Assembly: GCA_905250025.1 (NCBI GenBank)
Contig: CAJNOJ010000062.1
Coordinates: 237,974-301,973 of the forward strand
Length of the DNA: 64,000 nucleotides
Reading direction: 5' to 3'
From: Adineta ricciae
Taxonomy: Eukaryota
Of the stretch, positions 57,853-64,000 are shown in pieces. Numbering within the stretch: the first letter of the stretch is position 1; every line of letters starts with the position of its first letter. Below the pieces are notes generated by a model. That model saw nothing but the letters and a program-made list of their open reading frames with translations. It did not search any database and was not told the DNA's origin. The position numbers and the translations under genes were made by a program.

Positions 57853-58893
57853 TTGTCTGTTGTTATTTTATGTACTAATCAGAAAATACTCTTTCAAATG
57901 TCACCAGTATGTTTGGACAGTCTTCCAACCGAAATCTTCTACCTTATTTTTCAATATCTTAATAAAGAACATGTCGCTTATGCGTTCTTTGGCTTAAACA
58001 GTAACTTCACATCAAAAGTTAGGTATTTTATCGGAAACGAATTGAATTTGGCCAAAATTGAAGATGAACAAATCTTTCGTTTTTGTTTAAATACAATTTT
58101 ACCATCAATTGGGTATCATCTTCGACATTTATCGATTGGCTCTCCACATTCATTATCTACCTATCTTCCATACATTCAAAATTTTTGTCCAAATCTGAAT
58201 GTTCTTAATATTCATTGTCAAACACAACATGACGACATTCGTCGTTATGCAGCTTATTTGATTCACTCGCAACTGATGTTTTTCATTTTAATGTACAGGA
58301 ATCAAATTGTTGGAGAAGAAATAAGTATGTGTTTGATTGACCAACACGACGATAAAATCAATCAGGCCATGCCGTTATCGCACTCACTTATTTTGAATTT
58401 ACCATCCTGGAATGATCTCATTCTGTTGAAGCGCTTTTCTGAAAGCAGTTTCTTGTTCGATGGTTTATATATGATCGAATGTGTTGCAACCGGTCATTGG
58501 CTTACGGATGGCAAAGATGATCTATGTGTGATGTCGAAACGACTTCATCGTGATAGTATTTTTTCCATCAAACACGCTGATGTCGATCAATGTTCTCGAG
58601 AATATGAAGTGTACAACGAAGGTACTCAACGTCGACTAACAGTTTTGATACCATATGAAGAAGAAGAGGAACGTTGGTCATCATCATCAATTCTTTCTAC
58701 GCATCGAAAAGAATCTTCACGTTCGTGTTCAAGTTTCACATTCGAAAAACTCGCAAACGATGACATCTTCTATATTCGACCATGTTATTCATATGCTAAA
58801 CGATTGCAGGTCTATGGGAAGCGAATTATCGTCTCACGTTGTGATAACGAAAATGTAACAAATCATTACTTTAAACTCCATCGTGTTTCATAG
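57853..58893 (+). CDS. F-box protein (single exon, 346 aa; probable start at the second Met, 57898)
   Basis: N-terminal F-box consensus CLDSLPTEIFYLIFQYLNKEHVAYAFFGLN. The rest is Leu-rich but has no recognisable repeat family. Intronless. Confidence 0.5.
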   Translation: MSVVILCTNQKILFQMSPVCLDSLPTEIFYLIFQYLNKEHVAYAFFGLNSNFTSKVRYFIGNELNLAKIEDEQIFRFCLNTILPSIGYHLRHLSIGSPHSLSTYLPYIQNFCPNLNVLNIHCQTQHDDIRRYAAYLIHSQLMFFILMYRNQIVGEEISMCLIDQHDDKINQAMPLSHSLILNLPSWNDLILLKRFSESSFLFDGLYMIECVATGHWLTDGKDDLCVMSKRLHRDSIFSIKHADVDQCSREYEVYNEGTQRRLTVLIPYEEEEERWSSSSILSTHRKESSRSCSSFTFEKLANDDIFYIRPCYSYAKRLQVYGKRIIVSRCDNENVTNHYFKLHRVS

Positions 58894-59102
58894 AATTAGA
58901 AAACTGATCGGATTTTTAACTCTTCATTTGAATAAAACTGTATATTTCGAAAAACTATAGATCATTGCTCGACGAAAGGAGAAGATAATCAGATTCAATA
59001 TCATCTCGAACGATGAGTTCACCGTTTTAGTCTCGATAGCATACGATAAAAGAATTGTTCATAATTATTTAAAAACAAAACAAATACAAACTCATCCAAC
59101 AA

Positions 59103-60536
59103 TTATTTCCAATCCTTGTCAAGTTCAATAAAACTATCATACACTACAAATTCTCGCACTGTCTTCAATGGTGGATATTTGCGGGCGGTTAAATAATCAA
59201 TCGTTCTATCATTTATTTCGAATGCCGACTTTCGTCCGTTTTCAAATAGACGCTTTGTAATCAGATAATAAGAATTGTCTTCATTCAAACGCTGAAATGC
59301 ATTGCGCGATAAATGTAAACCACGCGAGTAATTACAGATGTTTTCGAGCTCTTTGTACGCTTTTCCATAGTTGTCGATTTTGAGTAAGACTTTGTAATGG
59401 AATTCAAAATAGTTGGATTTATCATCCCAGAATAATTTTTTCTCAATATCAGTTTCTGGAATGCCGTCATTTGATGCCAACGCTTCGATTTTCACGCGTA
59501 CAATGTTGAAATCACGGAAATGCTTATGAACTTCTTCGTTGATTTCTGATACAATTGCCGGATATTCTCCACAATGGTATGATGAAGTCATCAGTTGTTG
59601 ATTTTTTTCTTTTTTATTGTGACTGTTCAAATCAATGAAGATAACTTTATACTTAGTATTCTCGCATGCTTTCTTCAATTTCTCGATCACTTCTTCTGTG
59701 TTGTTTGAACAATCAAGTGTCACATGTGTTTCAAACGTTCCTTTAACAATATTCGTTGGCACAAGTGTATCTAGTTGAGATTTGTGTTCAGCACTTTTTG
59801 CTTTGACAAACTCCAATACACTACAAGGAAGAACGGATATTTTTACTAGGAAAAAAGCGTTTTCGTATGCCATTTACCTTTCCCAGGCGTAAGTTTCATC
59901 ACAATTATCGCGTATTTGTTTCATTTCACCTAGGACATGTGACACACGTTGAAAGTCTTGGATTGATTTTGATTCAATCAACTGTTGACCAAAATCCAAA
60001 TAACGAAAGCCATGAAATAAGTTTTTGAACAAAAAATTTCTATTCGATTCTGTGTCTAAATCGGGCTCTTGACTACGTAAAGGATACAATGTATGATCTT
60101 CAAGATCGTACATTTTTTGAGAGATATAGTTTTCATAGAATGCCACAGTTTTCAATCTTACTGGATCATAATACTTGTCTAGATAAATTTTCTGAAAATT
60201 AATATCTTCCTTGATTTTGAATTCTGCTGGTAAGAATACGCATTCAATAGCAAGCATGTAATTCTTTTTCAGGAGAACTTCAAAATTTTCAACACTATGA
60301 ACACAAACATCGTATTGATTCCATAGCTTGTGCAAGTCAAATTCATGAAAATAATCGAATTCATCGTTAAATACTAATGGTACATTTGCGGACGAACGCG
60401 TCACGATCATAAGGTCACGATCAGATGTTGCCGAGTTTGTACCGTACACCCATGAACCGTAATTGTAAATGCAAGCAACTAGATCTGGATGGATATTGAG
60501 TTCACGTAAAATTGCAGGAATAGCAGAGCGATCCAT
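59103..60536 (-). CDS. Fusion protein: N-terminal Pol-beta-superfamily (minimal) nucleotidyltransferase domain plus C-terminal 2H phosphoesterase domain (~458 aa), 2 exons: 59878..60536 and 59103..59820
   Basis: The N-domain has the NTase signature YGSWVYGTNSATSDRDLMIV ([GS]-x9-D-x-D). The C-domain has two H-x-[TS]-x motifs in the expected hydrophobic context (FETHVTLD and RGLHLSRN), as in LigT/CPDase/AKAP7-type 2H enzymes. The two adjacent ORFs are separated only by a stop that overlaps the ATG. A GTAAAT donor and ccttgtag acceptor make a 59-nt intron that joins them in phase (…DETYAWE-S-VLEFVKAK…). Confidence 0.65.
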
Positions 60537-61537
60537 TGGAGTTTCGAAATAACTGGTGAGTTTAACATGAGCGTCGTCTTTTATAAGAAATTATGTCGCA
60601 AAGTTTTCTGTTGGTTGTGCAATCGCTTTTTTGTAAACGTACGATTGAATCAGCTATAAAAAAAATATGAGGCAAGTTAGAGCAAGAATAAGCAAAATTA
60701 TATTCTGCAGGAATTTCATTATCGATGACGTAATTTATGCCCAGCTATTTTTAATTAAAATCAAATTACTCGCACCAATATACAATGAACACTTCGGAAT
60801 GCGATATACGTTTAACCCATAGTGATAGGGAAGGCACTTGTTACATATGTGCAAAACATTTTTCTTGAAAACATCTCTCTCGGAAGTGAAAAACCGTGTT
60901 CGTCATCGTTTAAATATGCAAATGACTCTCCTAATCAATCGCTAGAGACATCTGTGTGTCAAACGTTTTCTCTTTGCATGTAATTCGTTTGCGCTGTTAC
61001 ATATATGAATAATAAATTCGTCGCGCATTCGGATCGTTCCTTTCGTGAATGAAACAAAGTAGAATTAGACACACCTTCTTTAACGCGGAAGAATCTTTGG
61101 GAGAATTTGAGAGATGAACAATGGGAAACAAACTAATTCGTTTTTCTTTCCTATTGAGATTGAACCTTCAACGTCGGAATGTTCATCAAACCACAGTCAG
61201 GAATCAATCGATGCTACCAATATTTCTTATCCAGACGATCAATTACAATGGCTTACGAAAGTATGAATATTTTCTACACAGTCACACCTATCACACTATC
61301 ACGGTTTCCATGGAAAATATCTTCACTTATACTTTTTTTATCATCATCATATCTTTACGTCTGATCACGATCTTACTGATTTTTTTCTACTAATGATTGT
61401 TTTAAAACAAACATGAAAACACTGTGCTCCTTGCGTTCTGCTAATAATGAAGAGAGATAAACAAATCGCTCATGTATCCGTTACCGTGTGAATATAGTGA
61501 TATCTCTCTTTCGTCTAACCCAGTTATTCTTATCAGT

Positions 61538-61563
61538 TCTCTCTCTCTCTATATATATATATA
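61538..61563. repeat. (CT)n(AT)n compound microsatellite
   Basis: ctctctctctctatatatatatata visible. Confidence 0.8.
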
Positions 61564-61665
61564 CACAAGGACACGAGCTTGAATCTGAATTCTGACTTGA
61601 ACTTTGATCCAAAATAAGTCTACGTTTGTCTACTAGAAATCAAAACAACGCAAACGAGCGATAAA

Positions 61666-63761
<2,096 letters not shown>

Positions 63762-63852
63762 ATAGTCCTTCCTTCCTTCAATAATTTATTTCTAGAGACA
63801 AAAAAAAGCGAATAGTGATTTCTGTATAGAATACGATTTCTCTTACTTTAAT

Positions 63853-63858
63853 AATAAA
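63853..63858 (+). terminator. AATAAA polyadenylation signal downstream of the malic enzyme gene
   Basis: aataaa sits ~90 nt after the stop codon. Confidence 0.35.
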
Positions 63859-63967
63859 TACACAGGTCATAAAGATCTTTTTTTTTTCTTTATTGTTTCG
63901 CGCAACGAATGTTTTGACTTGAAACAATAATTTAATCAATCGTATTCTTCAGAGTTTTTCTCAGAGC

Positions 63968-63981
63968 TGTGTGTGTGTGTA
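63968..63981. repeat. (GT)n microsatellite
   Basis: tgtgtgtgtgtgt run at the window end. A further (TA)n(TG)n run lies at 4269..4292 and an (AT)n run at 24465..24482. Confidence 0.7.
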
Positions 63982-64000
63982 TATGTAGATCTTGACGTAA

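Noticed and set aside
59870-59880. The stop codon of one ORF immediately followed by the ATG of the next (TAAATG) looked like a bicistronic or overlapping gene pair.
   Set aside because: A GTAAAT donor overlaps the stop, and a 59-nt intron with a ccttgtag acceptor joins the two ORFs in phase. A single spliced gene is the simpler explanation.

Overview
This 64 kb window is eukaryotic, almost certainly metazoan, nuclear DNA. It is AT-rich (roughly two-thirds A+T), very gene-dense, and its introns are short, mostly 50-60 nt with GT-AG boundaries. I could not identify the organism. The compact, AT-rich, short-intron style and several genes with non-metazoan affinities fit a bdelloid rotifer-like genome, but that is an inference.

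The window holds about 24 protein-coding genes on both strands and no rRNA, tRNA, CRISPR arrays or prokaryotic operons that I could detect.

Genes with strong similarity to known families (from established knowledge of those families, not a database search):
- ceramide synthase (Lag1/CerS motif)
- cyclic-nucleotide-gated channel alpha subunit
- Dispatched/Patched-family 12-TM transporter
- transportin-1 (importin beta-2)
- AGAP/centaurin-gamma ArfGAP
- USP14 deubiquitinase
- dynein light chain LC8
- a cytosolic fatty-acid-binding protein
- ribosomal protein L12
- NADP-malic enzyme
- an intronless rhodopsin-like GPCR
- an F-box protein

Accessory or unusual genes:
- a bacterial-type low-specificity threonine aldolase (LtaA type) interrupted by spliceosomal introns
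- a CASTOR/POLLUX/DMI1-like channel with a two-helix pore region and RCK domains, a family typical of plants and prokaryotes
- a single spliced gene fusing a Pol-beta-type nucleotidyltransferase domain to a 2H phosphoesterase domain

Exon coordinates were derived by hand from conceptual splicing and agreement with the supplied ORF track. Treat boundaries as plus or minus a few nt; 5' ends of several genes are uncertain.
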